Shown here: positions 39,252 through 51,285 of the stretch, piece after piece | Numbering within the stretch: position 1 is the stretch's first letter | How the letters are laid out: the number at the start of each line of letters is the position of its first letter | NCBI RefSeq assembly: GCF_024521635.1 | Contig: NW_026250407.1 | Span: forward strand, 806,001 to 870,000 | Direction of reading: 5' to 3' | DNA from: Tricharina praecox | Taxonomy: Eukaryota | Length of the DNA: 64,000 nucleotides | Translations under genes and position numbers: made by a program | The notes under the pieces: generated by a model | What the model saw: the letters and a program-made list of their open reading frames with translations, nothing else | What the model was told of the DNA's origin: nothing | Databases searched by the model: none

Positions 39252-42200
39252 ATGGATGACCTTTATGATGAGTGCGTAACTCAATTTGACTCACTACGAG
39301 CTTGCACGCTGATTGATCTCTCACAGATTCGGTAACTTCATTGGCGAGGCGGTCGACTCCGACGAGGAAGGCTCCCAGGCGGACGATGCCGGCGTAAATG
39401 CCTATGTCGATATGGATGATGAAGAACCTACGGGCGACGCCAATGACCAGCAGCTGATGGAGCTTGACGGTACACTGTGGAACTGCTCGGTGCGAAACTG
39501 GGATGCTGATTAGCGCATAGATGAGGGCCCTTCGAATGCGGTGATACTTCACGAAGACAAACAGTATTATCCAACCGCAGAGCAAGTCTATGGAAAGGAT
39601 GTGGAGGCTATGGTAGAAGAAGAGGATGCTCAACCTCTATCGGAACCTATAATAGGTGCGCCCCCCTATGTCGACCGGATTTTGGCGATGTCACTTGGCT
39701 TACTGTTTGCGCAGCGCCTATCAAGGTGAAAAAGTTCAATGTCGAGGAGGTGGATCTACCAAAAACGCATTTCTCCAGAGATTTCATGATGGACCTGATG
39801 AGCTTTCCCGACCAAATACGAAACGTCGCGCTCGTCGGACATTTGCACCACGGAAAAACTACGATCATGGACATGCTGGTTTTGGAAACCCATGAGCTGG
39901 AGAAGACGGCTGGCAACAAGGGATCCCAGTTGCGATACACAGATACCCACATTCTGGAGAGAGCCCGTGGTATATCGATCAAGGCTGCTCCCATGTCACT
40001 CGTCCTGCAGTCGTCAAAGTCAAAATCGCACCTCATCAATATCATCGACACACCAGGCCACGTCAATTTCGTCGATGAGGTAGCGTCATCGATACGGCTC
40101 GCCGACGGAATCGTGCTGGTGGTGGATGTTGTTGAGGGTGTCATGGTCAACACGGAGCAGATCATCAAGTACGCCGTAGCAGAGAATATCCCCATGACGC
40201 TAGTTCTCAATAAAGTTGATCGACTTATCCTAGAATTGAAGCTTCCTCCCAAAGACGCTTACTTCAAGCTCAAACACACTGTGGAGGAGGTGAACACCGT
40301 CATCGACAGTGCAGCACCGGGCCGGAGTGAGAGCCTGCGATTGTCTCCCGAGAAGGGCAATGTCTGCTTTGCGAGCGCACAGATGGGATGGTGCTTCACC
40401 CTTACTACCTTTGCGAAGATGTATGCCGACACGTTTCCTGGTGTTAACTCTTCGGAGTTCGGGCGCCGGCTCTGGGGTGATATCTTCTACACCCCTACAA
40501 CTAGAAAATTCACCAGACGGGCCGTGGACTCAAATTCGACCCGGTCGTTTGTACACTTCATCTTGGAGCCATTGTACAAACTCTACGCTCATGTAAGTCC
40601 CCAAATCTCCATATTGAAATGTGATGCTAATATATCGGGTTCAGACCATTGGAGAAAGCCCGGACAAGCTCAAGAAGACGCTTGCCAATCTGGGCATAAC
40701 CTTGAAGCCCTCCATATACAAGGCTGATGCGAAGATTCTCCTTAAACAGGTGTGTGAACAATTCTTTGGAACCGCAACTGGTTTCGTGGACATGGTCGTG
40801 GACCACATCCCGTCTCCGGTGGAAGGTGCCAAAACGAAGATCGAACACACATATACTGGACCTCTCGACACCGATCTGGCAAAGGCAATGCTCGAGTGTG
40901 ACGCAGATGGTCCACTTGTGATCCAAGTCTCCAAGCTCTTCCACACCAGCGATGCCAAAGATTTCTACAGTTTCGGTCGGGTTATGAGTGGTACCGTTAG
41001 CCCTGGTCTTCAGGTTCGAGTGCTGGGTGAAGGTTACACCCTCGACGATGAGGAAGACATGGCTGTTGCTACGGTCTCCGACTGCTGGGTCAACAATACC
41101 CGGTACAGAATATCTACTAGTGGAGTCCCGGCAGGTTCATGGGTCCTTTTGGGTGGCATCGACAAATCCATTGTCAAATCCGCTACCGTCGTGGCTCTCA
41201 AGACAGATGATGATGCGTACATCTTCCGGCCAGTTAAGCACTTTACGGAATCCGTTTTCAAAGTTGCTGTCGAGCCCGTCAACCCATCAGAATTGCCGAA
41301 GATGCTTGACGGATTGCGCCGTATCAACAAGAGCTACCCTCTGGTCATCACAAAGGTTGAGGAATCCGGTGAGCATGTTATCCTCGGAACAGGCGAGATG
41401 TACATGGACTGTGTCCTCCATGACCTGCGCCGGCTCTTCTCCGAGATGGAGCTCAAGGTCTCGGATCCCGTCACCCGTTTCTGCGAGACTGTCGTGGAGA
41501 CGTCCGCCATCAAGTGCTACGCCTTGACGCCCAACAAAAAGAACAAGATCACCATGGTCGCAGAACCTCTCGACTCGGGCATCGCAGAGGATATCGAGAG
41601 TGGAAAGGTCTCTATCAAATGGCCAGTGCGGAAGGTGGGCAAGTTCTTTGAGGAGAATTACGGCTGGGATCTGCTGGCGTCGAGAAGTATCTGGGCGTTT
41701 GGACCCGACGATACTGGTCCCAATATCCTTCAAGATGATACTTTGCCGAGCGAGGTGGACAAAAAGCTGCTCAACCAGGTACGAGACAGTATCCGACAAG
41801 GATTCTCGTGGGGAACACGAGAAGGTCCTCTCTGTGAAGAACGTAAGTGCCACTCAGCGCTCTCTGCAGTGTACACGTGTTGACGGAGAAATTTAGCCAT
41901 TCGAAACACCAAGTTCAAGATAATGGATGCATCGCTAGCGTCGGAAGCAATCTACCGCGGTGGTGGGCAGATTATCCCTACCGCCCGTCGGGCGTGTTAT
42001 TCGTCGTTCTTGATGGCTTCGCCACGGCTAATGGAGCCGGTGTATTCCTGCTCCATGACGGGTCCTGCTGATTCGGTCTCGGCGCTGTACACACTGCTCG
42101 CGAAGCGGAGAGGCCATGTTCTCTCGGACTCGCACATTGCGGGTACACGTACGTCTTCGTATCCCGTATTCATTGGATTCCCGTGCTGATATTGCATTTC

Positions 42201-42514
42201 TAGCCCTATACAACGTTAAAGGCTTGATCCCCGTGATTGACTCCTTCGGTTTCGAGACCGACATCCGGATCCACACGCAAGGACAAGCTTTCTGCTCGCT
42301 GGTATTTGACCGGTGGAACATTGTCCCGGGAGATCCGCTTGACAAGGAGATCAAGCTGCGTCCGCTGGAGCCTGCGCCCGCACAGGCTATGGCTAGAGAT
42401 TTGGTGCTTAAGACGAGGCGGAGGAAGGGGTTGAACGAGGAGGTCACAATTGCCAAGTTCTTGGAACCCGAGTTGCATGCCATGATTGAGAGTTCGGGGC
42501 TTTTGGATGGGTAA
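39252..42514 (+). CDS. SNU114: U5 snRNP GTPase Snu114/EFTUD2 (6 introns)
   Basis: [44 protein letters not shown]2-like domains, KTRRRKGL. Confidence 0.97.
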
Positions 42515-42700
42515 TCTGTATAATACGAGCATGTAGATGGGGACGGGGAGGACGGACTTGAATGTACGATCACAATTCGAGGAGATCGAAGTAATTGCTT
42601 CTTCCCTTCATTCAGCTTTTGATTCGCGTAAAGCAAGATTAGACTAGGTATGGTATATGAAATCGAACAGAGTGCGGTGATAGGATCCCCTTATTTACGG

Positions 42701-44121
42701 TCAATAAGCAGAGGCATCTTCCTTCTTGATGCCTTCGTGTTCCTCCCTAGTTTCCAAAGCCACCACAGTTCCCTTCCCACCGTCCTCACGCTTGAATTCA
42801 TACCCCTTCAAGTATTTCTTCAAGCTCTCCACCGTATCCTCCCTATCCGCCATAAGGAACACCACGGCATCGTACCCGCCGGCACCTGGCACCGCACCCC
42901 CAAGCACGCCCTTCGTCGCCTCCACCGCGGAATCCAACAATTTCGTCTGTTCCTCAGGTTCAATGGGCACGCCCGCGGCCACACCCATATCCCTGATCCG
43001 CTCCCTAATCGCCGCAATCTGCTCCGCAATATTCTGCAGCAGCGTCGAGCTCTCCGAGACGACACCGCGCCCATCGCCCAGCTCATTGAGCGCCTGGAGG
43101 TACTCGTCGGGCGCGACGTCGGCGCGCCTCTCCGCGTCCGCCAGCAGATCAATGAGCCCCCTATTCAGGTCCTGGATCGCGTCCCACTCCGCCCTCGCCG
43201 CCGCTGGATTCTCCTTCCGCCAGGCGAGCACGCTGCGCACCATCCCCGGCGTTGACGAGCCGCAGTCAACATCACCCATCAGCAGTCGCAGCCCCGGCGG
43301 AACCTGCGTCTTCCGCACCCGCAGGTCCCACGGCTTCTCGACGACGGCCTTCAGTCGCCCCGCGAAGCCGCCGCTGCCCGCGTCTCCCACCGCTTCCAGG
43401 ATGGAGGGAGAGAAGCGGTGGTACACGCAGCTGCCGAAGACCGCTGCCGCGACGTCGAAGCCGCTGCCGACCTTCCCTTGTGCGGCGCAGTGCGCCGCTT
43501 GCGAGAGGTTGTGCAGCTGTGTTTCTGATGGGGCAACGATGGAGTACGTGTGAAGGAGGCAGGCGGTCAGCGAGGTGGTCAGGGCGGCGGAAGAGCCGAG
43601 GCCCGTTTTGTGCGCGGCGGTGATGGGGACATTGAGCACGTTGAAGCGTGGGGGTGGGGTTGCAGAGGCGGGCTGGGAGTAGTAGTCGTTGTCGGCGTAG
43701 ATGGTGATTACCGCGCTCGGCAGCGGCGCGGCGAAGTCGGCTGAGGCGCTGAGGTAGCTGAGGACGTAGCGGACGGCGGTTTCAACGAATGGGTTCTTGG
43801 ATGCCCTGGCGTTGCCGTCAGCATACTGATCCCCCTCTATGGTGTAGCTACAGGGACCTACCCCGCCACGGCGGTAACAACTGCCCCACCACCATTCGTG
43901 CCGGCGGGAAACTCGACATTGTACCCCCACTCGGCGCCCGAGAACTGCGGTGACCGCACGGTAATCGTGTTCTCCCCCTCTGCGGGCGAGGAGACGGCGT
44001 GGATCCGTGCGCTGAGCGCAAATACTAGCCCGCTGTACTCTTTGTCGAGAACGAGGTAGCCACCGACGAGAAGAACCTTGCCGGGTGCGGAGAAGGCGGA
44101 GGGCGTGATTGCTGATGGCAT
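42701..44121 (-). CDS. ERG8: Phosphomevalonate kinase (intron 43806-43861)
   Basis: SAPGKVLLVGGYLVL, KTGLGSSAA, AHCAAQGKVGSGFD, PGAGGYDA. Confidence 0.96.
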
Positions 44122-46754
44122 CGTGGTTGTGTTGGTGGTCGACGAGGCAATTGAGGGTGGAGATGGTAAGGGGAGGTGATGACGTTGATGGAGCTATCAC
44201 CTATGCACCTGACTGGACGGGTGGTACCTATGGCTTCAACGAGGCTAACGATTCACGATGTTGGCGATCATAGGCGATGACTCGGCCCGTGATGTCGGCA
44301 GCGGTGGATTCTGGCTCCGGGACTCGGGAGACACTGTCCTAAAACCAGCCATCGATCGAGAACCCGACCAGACCAGACCGAGTCACCAAGTGCTTTCCGT
44401 ACAGATGGGAGGCCATTTCTTGCTAAAGCTACTCACGCACTGACATCCTCCAAAAGAAGGCAATGGGATGTATCGTACCAGATAGGTAGTAGAGACGAGC
44501 CATTATAGAAGACAAAGGTCAATCACCGCCGGTGACTCGCCCAATCACCCCGTTCGAGTTCGCAAGATCTGCCCGCAGCCGGAGCCTTGCCATGGTCCGG
44601 ATACCTAGGTCGCATGCGATGTGAAGAAACAAACAAAGCACAGCCGAGACCTGACCACGTGAAACGATCCGTCCTCCACAGGCTCCACTGGCAATAATCC
44701 AGCTCGGTACCCAAAGTATCGAACTCGAACCTGAACTCCCGCCGCAGGCCCGTAGAATTCGTGTCTCGACAGCCGCCACAACCACAGCGGTTGAGCCGAC
44801 TATGTATGACTTTTAGCGCGCAGTTTGCCCTAACCATAATCGAGTCCACCTAGCACCGGTAGCCACGACCCACTGGACACATCTTCTTATGTACCGGTGC
44901 GCACTTCCGTCCTCCCCGCCCCGCACCGATACCGCCGTTGCCATCGTGGCCGTCATCCAACCATGTGGGTGGCGCACGCGCTCTCCGACGGCGCTGTTTT
45001 CGCCCGAGCAAGTAGACCACCGGAAGTCCGGCCGGTACCTAAGGAGCTCCGGCACCACCGCCCCCTCCCCTTCCATCCGACGCCCGATGCTCGACGCTCG
45101 ACGCCCGGTGTGCCATGTCCGACGTCTGATTTCCGACGCGTGGCGTGGCGTCGGTAGTATTTACAACGTACCTAGTTAGTGATCACGGTGCGTGTGCAGG
45201 AGCTGCGGCCTGCGGACTGCAGGAAGTTGGAACTACATTTCCAAGAGCTGAGTTCGTGGCACGATGATTTCTAAGCATCAGCGCTGTGCGAGGCGGTTGG
45301 GATGGGTTGAGGATGGATAGGCGACATGCTAGGTAGGCGATACGACGGGTGGATGCTCGATACCGGTATTGCCTACTGGAAAGCGGGAATACTGGAAAGC
45401 GGGAAAACGTAACGGCCTTTGGAGCGATCATACCCTGGCCGGGTCTCTACTTTGCTGTATGTAGCTCCACCAATACCGATCTCAACCGCCGATAGAGTAG
45501 CTGCTCTGGAGTGGTATCCGGGGCGGGGTGCGTTTTCAGGTGGTCATTGGTCATTGGGCTTGTTCAAACTTCAAGGCCGAAGCGAAGAAGGCTTGAAGTT
45601 GCAAGTTGCAATTGATGCTCGGAACAATACACATGTCGCTCAGTTCGTTGCAGCCTTCTCCGTCCTCCTTATCTCTGCACACACAGTGCCGTATGCGCCC
45701 GTCCCGTGGAAGCCTCAACGCAGCAAGGCAGGCCAGTGGTAGTCTTATATCCTCCATACAACCGGCGTAGATGGCCCACGGCCGGTGATCGAAGAAAGTA
45801 TATACTACCTATCCGAGTACAGATGGCCAACCGTAACTGGCGCATTCGGAAGCGAGACATGCGCCCTCCTGTGCACCGTAAGGCGCCTTACTGGAGCTAT
45901 GACATTCAATGTGTAGTCGTTGGCGGCAATGCGACCGGATAGGATGCAATCGTCCCTACCCATCGATCACGGTATATCACCAGCATTCTTTAGAAAATAT
46001 GCAGCTTATCCAAAGCATGGCGATCCTTTCGATACTTAGGATTCCGCGGTCATAAAGTCACGCCGAAGGGATACGGGGGAACAATCGCCGTTCAAAGCTG
46101 CAGAGTGGAGTGCGTAAGGTACTCTATGTACTCTATGTAGATGTACCGATGTCAGCGGCCCTACTCTATCGAGATCGATAGAGTGCGGCACCACTCTTCT
46201 CCATTCCACAAATTCCAAATGGGCTGTTCCTTCCCATTCGGGAGATGCACAGAGTTCGAGTGAGTTCGAGTCGATGACAAATCCATGGGGGGTTTTTTCC
46301 GTCGTCGGCGTCAGGTGGCTTGTCCGGATGGAAGCATTCTGGCAGGTCAGGAGAGCGGGGGAGAGAGAGGGGAGAGGCAGGAGTGACACCGGGTTTGAGG
46401 ATGCTTTGTTCAGTGCAGGATGCAACGGCTGCGCGTGCTGGCGCTCACCTCAGCTGGCACTCGCTCGTTTGGCGAGAGGAGGAGCCGGTGGTCTTGGGTT
46501 CAGGCAGCGGCTTGGATTTGAGGCTGGAGTCGAACTGGACGTGCGAGCCACGGAGTAACGATAGTACTATCCGCACATGTGTAGCATGCGGTGCACAAGG
46601 AGCTCAGCTGATTGATAGGTAATCCATACAACAGGAGCTCTGCAGAAAATCCGCAAAGAAACAGACGACTGTCCCCGATTTCCTTTGGCTTCGTATTGTA
46701 CACTACTCTACCTACTGCCATGAACATGAAAAACTGACGATCTTCGTTAGGATT

Positions 46755-46927
46755 GTTCTTGCTTTTCCGTGGCGTCTGTTTTGGAGTTCTCTTGGAATGT
46801 TCTTGCTTTTCCGTGGCGTCTGTTTTGGAGTTCTCTTGGAATGTTCTTGCTTTTCCCTTGGCGCCTGTTGTGGCGTTTTCTTGGAATGTCTTGCTTTTCC
46901 GCGGCGGTTTTTGTGTGGCGTTTTCTT
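46755..46927. repeat. 44-bp minisatellite, about 4 copies
   Basis: Unit gttcttgcttttccgtggcgtctgttttggagttctcttggaat: identical at 46755 and 46799, diverged at 46843 and about 46888. Confidence 0.95.
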
Positions 46928-47698
46928 TCTTTCTTCCCCTTGGTCTTCACCCCTTCACCCCACCACATTCTCTTCACTAATTGCCGTTGTTCCCCGATCG
47001 CGCTTGTCCGTGCCTACCACTACTTCCACCCTAACCCCGAATCCCGAAATCCCCCCCCACCCCCCCCACCCGCTTTTTCTCCCACCCCCCCCCCCCCCCC
47101 CCCCCAAACACAACCCATCCTCACCCCCCCCATTCAGCAACTGCCCTCTTTAACGTCCGCTTGCATATGTAGGTGAGTCGTGCAGACTGCCTAGAGTATT
47201 AGAGTATATTATCGCTCCCTGATCCGCACCCATCATCATGATGACTTGATCTCGGCTTCGGCATCTTCACTTCGCTATTAGTTATCCAATCTTGTCCTCG
47301 TCGCGCTACAAAGAAGCAACCAAAGGCGAGAGACAGACACCGCTCCAAACAAATCCCAACACCCATTTCAACTCAAAGGGAAACGCCTGCTCCACTCCCA
47401 CCCCTCTTACATACCACTCCGCCCCGCATTAGTTAGCAGCTACAACCCTACACCACTCCATTTCACTCTCGCTCTACCTTCAGTCATCGCCGGCTATCTG
47501 TCCATCCCCACACCACACTCCAAATCCCCCAAAACCCGCCCTCGAGCCCTTTGCTCTTCTCCTTCACCCGCGTCCGCTCGATACTACCATACTGCTGCCA
47601 GCCCTCCATCCGACACCTGCACAAATAGAAAGTCGCTTCCACCCCACCACCCACCCCACACCACAAAAAAAAACTCTTCTGCTCGAGAGTTATTGGCC

Positions 47699-48681
47699 AT
47701 GTCCGGCGGATACATAGGGCGCAGAGGCATCAATGTCTCTGTGTACCTGCAAGACCTCAACACTATACCGTCCGCCGACGAGCCGGTCGACGCCTTTAAT
47801 CCCGATGATTTGGACATCTGGACAAATACGCAGTTCTTCGACTTCGACATGGGCGCGGTCGCACACGATCCGACGGACAACACTCGAGGACGAAAGCCGG
47901 TCGTCGAGGAAGCATCTGTTGCCCCCATTGACCCGACTCTGAAGGACGGTGGGGAGTTCGACAGCTTTCTGAATGGTGTGTGTGTGCTGCTTGTGTCTGG
48001 CTGTTCGTTCGGTGACTGCCGATCGTATGGGGGGAAACCTGGCTAACCTCGCTGCTTGAACCAGAATTCAAGGAGTTTGAGAATTTCGATTATTCTCCGG
48101 CCTTCACCGGCTTTTCCGCCCCGGAAGCCCAACCATCGTTGGGCGCCGCCTCCCTTCTTCCCGGAACACCAGCAGTACTGGTAGCACCGGCGATCGCACG
48201 CACGTCCTCACAGCAACCCATCATCGCCGCTCCTATTGACGGCTACTCCGGCTCGAATACTGCCACATCGCCTGCTGCTGCTGTTCCAGCTACTCCCGCA
48301 ACGCCGTCTGCCTCCGCCACAACCCCCCGAGGAGCGAAGCGAAAGGCGTCCGTCTCCGTGTCGGCGGCCAGTCCCGATGCGTACGAGGGAATGGACGATG
48401 CGTCCCGACTCGCGGCTGATGAAGACAAGCGTCGACGAAACACCGCGGCGTCCGCCCGCTTCCGTGTCAAGAAGAAGCAGAAGGAGCAGCAGTTGGAGAA
48501 AACGGCCAAGGAGATGACGGAGCGTGTGCAAGCGCTCGAGCAGAGGATCCAGCAGCTGGAGTTGGAGAATAAGTGGCTCAAAGGCCTCATCGTCGAGAAG
48601 AACGGCGGCAAGAGCGGCGAGGAAATCATGATGCCCCCGTCGATACTCGCGGGAAGCAAGGACGGTGTCGGCACGATCTAG
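47699..48681 (+). CDS. metR: Sulfur-metabolism bZIP activator, CYS-3/MetR family (intron 47976-48064)
   Basis: NVSVYLQDLN, TNTQFFDFD and bZIP EDKRRRNTAASARFRVKKK..LELENKWLKGLIVEK resemble Neurospora CYS-3. Confidence 0.88.
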
Positions 48682-49302
48682 TTAGCCCCCACCCATGAAA
48701 AAAATCAAAACGATTTGCTGTTTCTGTTTTGCTCCACTTAACCTGACTTTGAGGTGTTGAAATGTTTTGTATACTCCGCTTCGAATGATTTATCTACTGC
48801 GATGCTTTCGATTGCGAGCGTGGGTGAGGGATGGATGCGGTTTGGTGGGTTTATCCGACTTATCTTCCCTGCCAGTTTCTTGTATGTAATCTTGACAAAA
48901 GATGGTTTGTACAAAGAATTGGAACCGACCAGGGTTGGGGCTTCTCTACCTTGCGTACCGTATGTACTCGGGACAAGGCTGAAGGAAGGTTTCGTAGCCG
49001 AGCTGATCAGTGACTTCTAAGCCCCAACGTCGGCTGGGATTCTGGCCATGGGTGCATCTTGTGCATACATATTGCCGAATCCTCTACAGGATAGAGAATG
49101 GTCGACTTTCCACCGCGCTTGCTTCTCGGGCCCGGACTTGGGCCCGGACTTGAAGTACATCGGAAAGCGGGACGTAGACTTTACATAGCACCGAAAGTCA
49201 AACCCGCCGATGTCTCGGGGCAGGCTCACCCGGTTCGGATCTGCGAGGTTGACTTCCGAACTAGACTGCTAGGTACCGCAGGTACTACTGGTATAGTTGC
49301 CC

Positions 49303-49343
49303 GCAGGCTCAGGCTCAGGCTCAGGCCCAGGCTCAGGCCCAGG
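49303..49343. repeat. (CAGGCT/C)n hexamer microsatellite
   Basis: About 6 tandem caggct/caggcc units. Confidence 0.9.
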
Positions 49344-49568
49344 CGTGGAGGGTGCGCACTTTCCAATCATCCTCCTCCCCATCCTGCCCCTCATCCCCCG
49401 CCTCCCAATCCTCCGATCCTCTAATCATCCGTCCTACGCCCTCCTCCATCCTCATTCCTACACCGTTCACCCATCCTACACCATCCATCCATCCCACACC
49501 CAAATTCAAGCCCAATTTCCTACTCCGCACGTGCACACACCGTGTCCACCGTTTCCGGCGTTCACTAT

Positions 49569-50352
49569 CCCTAGGGTACAGGGAATGGGACGAGGCCCCT
49601 TGAGTTGAATGCGAGTCTGCATGTAAACTGGCTATTAGCACAAAATGCGGCTCATTTGCACTGGTAATTCAGGCTTCTGCCAGTAAATTGGCCTTTTTTC
49701 CTCATAAGGCACAAGTTGCCATGTGTATTTGGGCGAAGCCTAGTCAATAGGCGGTTAATAGTAATTGCGGGCCAGTTTGCGATGGTCATATTGGGCGAAG
49801 CCTGGTCAATGGGCGGTTAGTAGTAATTGCGGCCAGTTTAAAATACTCAATTTGGGCTCTTATACTTAATTTGGCTGTCAATACTCAATGTGTCGATTGG
49901 ACAGAAGCCTGATTTGACGTTGAGGTGTAAACTGGCAATTAACAGTATATGCAATGTTTCTCCACCACTCTCTTCGGGTATTCGTTGGTAAAAAGATATC
50001 TTACCGCTCATTAGGCTTCCGGCTCGAGTGACGAATGAGCTTCGATTTCTAAATGGAGCATTTTGTCTTTATTCGGCCGCCCCGGCCATGATCCCCGCCA
50101 TGCCCGCCGCCATGCCCGCCAACGTTGATGCCCACTACTAACCACATTCGCTTCCTCCCGCCGGCAGCTCTTCCATCACTTCCTCATCCCGCCAACAGCT
50201 CCTCTTCTTGCATACAGCTCCTCCTTCCCTTCCTTCTCCCGCCGCAACTCCTTCTCCCGCCGCAACTCCTTCTCCCGCCGCAACTCCTTCTCCCGCCGCA
50301 ACTCCTTCTCCCGCCGCAACTCCTTCTCCCGCGAACATCTCCTCCTTCACGT

Positions 50353-50388
<36 letters not shown>

Positions 50389-51191
50389 CAGCTATTCCAT
50401 CACATCCCTCTGCTCGCACCCACAGTTCCTGCATCACTTCCTCTTCTCGCTGACAGGCTACAGCTCCCCCATCAGTCCGCCCCACAGTATTCCCTCTCGC
50501 CACCGCTAGCCCTTTGACAGTCTCTGGTCTTCTTACAGCAGGTACGCATCATGCTCCTATGCTATCCTACAGACCTACTTCGGTGCGGATACCCCACTGT
50601 CATCGCCGCTAATAGCAGTCTGTCCTCGTTCTCCTTCGCTGTTTAACAGTACCTGGCCCTCTTGCAACCGGTAAGTCTACTCCTCCTATGCCGTCCTACA
50701 GTATCAGGCCTGACTCGCTGCGGATACTAGCAGACAGTCTATTGAGCACGCCGGTCATGTTGAATGTGTGCTAAGATGACGGGGTGGAAGCCGACGAGCG
50801 GGAGAGCGGGGGAGGGCGGGGACAAGCAGGGTTCGGTTTGCTTGGGTGCGGAGGGGAGGATATATATTGGGCGAGCAGTAGTAGCTAGAATCACAGCAAT
50901 CTCAAGCAGCAGATTGCACTCATATAATTGTTCAATGTGAGCCATATGAACTCCTAAAAGCCATTTATTATCAACGCCAGTTGAGCAACTGTGCCCTTTT
51001 ATAGTCGTATGTACTAGGTATCGCCATTTAAACCTTAGAGCCCTTTTAATCTTTTAAGCCTGGATACAGCCTGGATACAGCCTTTTCATAGCCAAATAGA
51101 GGCTAATTACAGCCAGAAAGAATATTGGGAGCCGATTTAAATGCGTGCCCATTCAACAAAACGGGCCCTGTCCATTACCTGTACCATAGGG
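49569..51191. mobile_element. Non-autonomous TIR DNA transposon, 1623 bp, CCC..GGG termini, probably CMC/EnSpm-like
   Basis: TIRs 49569-49611 and 51150-51191 (35/43 identical, 18 of the first 20); TAT on both flanks (49566-68, 51192-94); subterminal repeats; no transposase ORF. Confidence 0.75.
50232..50383. repeat. 18-bp minisatellite (5.5 copies) followed by (CT)n
   Basis: ccttctcccgccgcaact x5 plus a partial copy at 50232-50332; CT run about 50357-50383. Confidence 0.95.
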
Positions 51192-51285
51192 TATACCCAG
51201 TCCCCAGTGCACAGTCCCCAGTGCAGTCCCAACTCCCCAGTGCACAGTGCAGTTGATCTATATAAATTACATGTGAATCTGCACT

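Noticed and set aside
46163..46184. Resemblance to the bacterial tetO1 operator
   Set aside because: Half-sites match but the spacer is 6 nt rather than 3, and there is no vector context; coincidence.
46755..46927. CRISPR-like array
   Set aside because: Head-to-tail units with no unique spacers, no cas genes, eukaryotic context.
47029..47040. CCCTAACCC as telomerase RNA template or interstitial telomere
   Set aside because: Single 9-mer in C-rich sequence, with no supporting structure identifiable.
47238..47330. Box C/D snoRNA (ATGATGA)
   Set aside because: No downstream CTGA box D within plausible distance.
51000..51013. 5S rRNA-like start (acatacgactata, minus strand)
   Set aside because: Similarity stops after about 13 nt; no internal control region.
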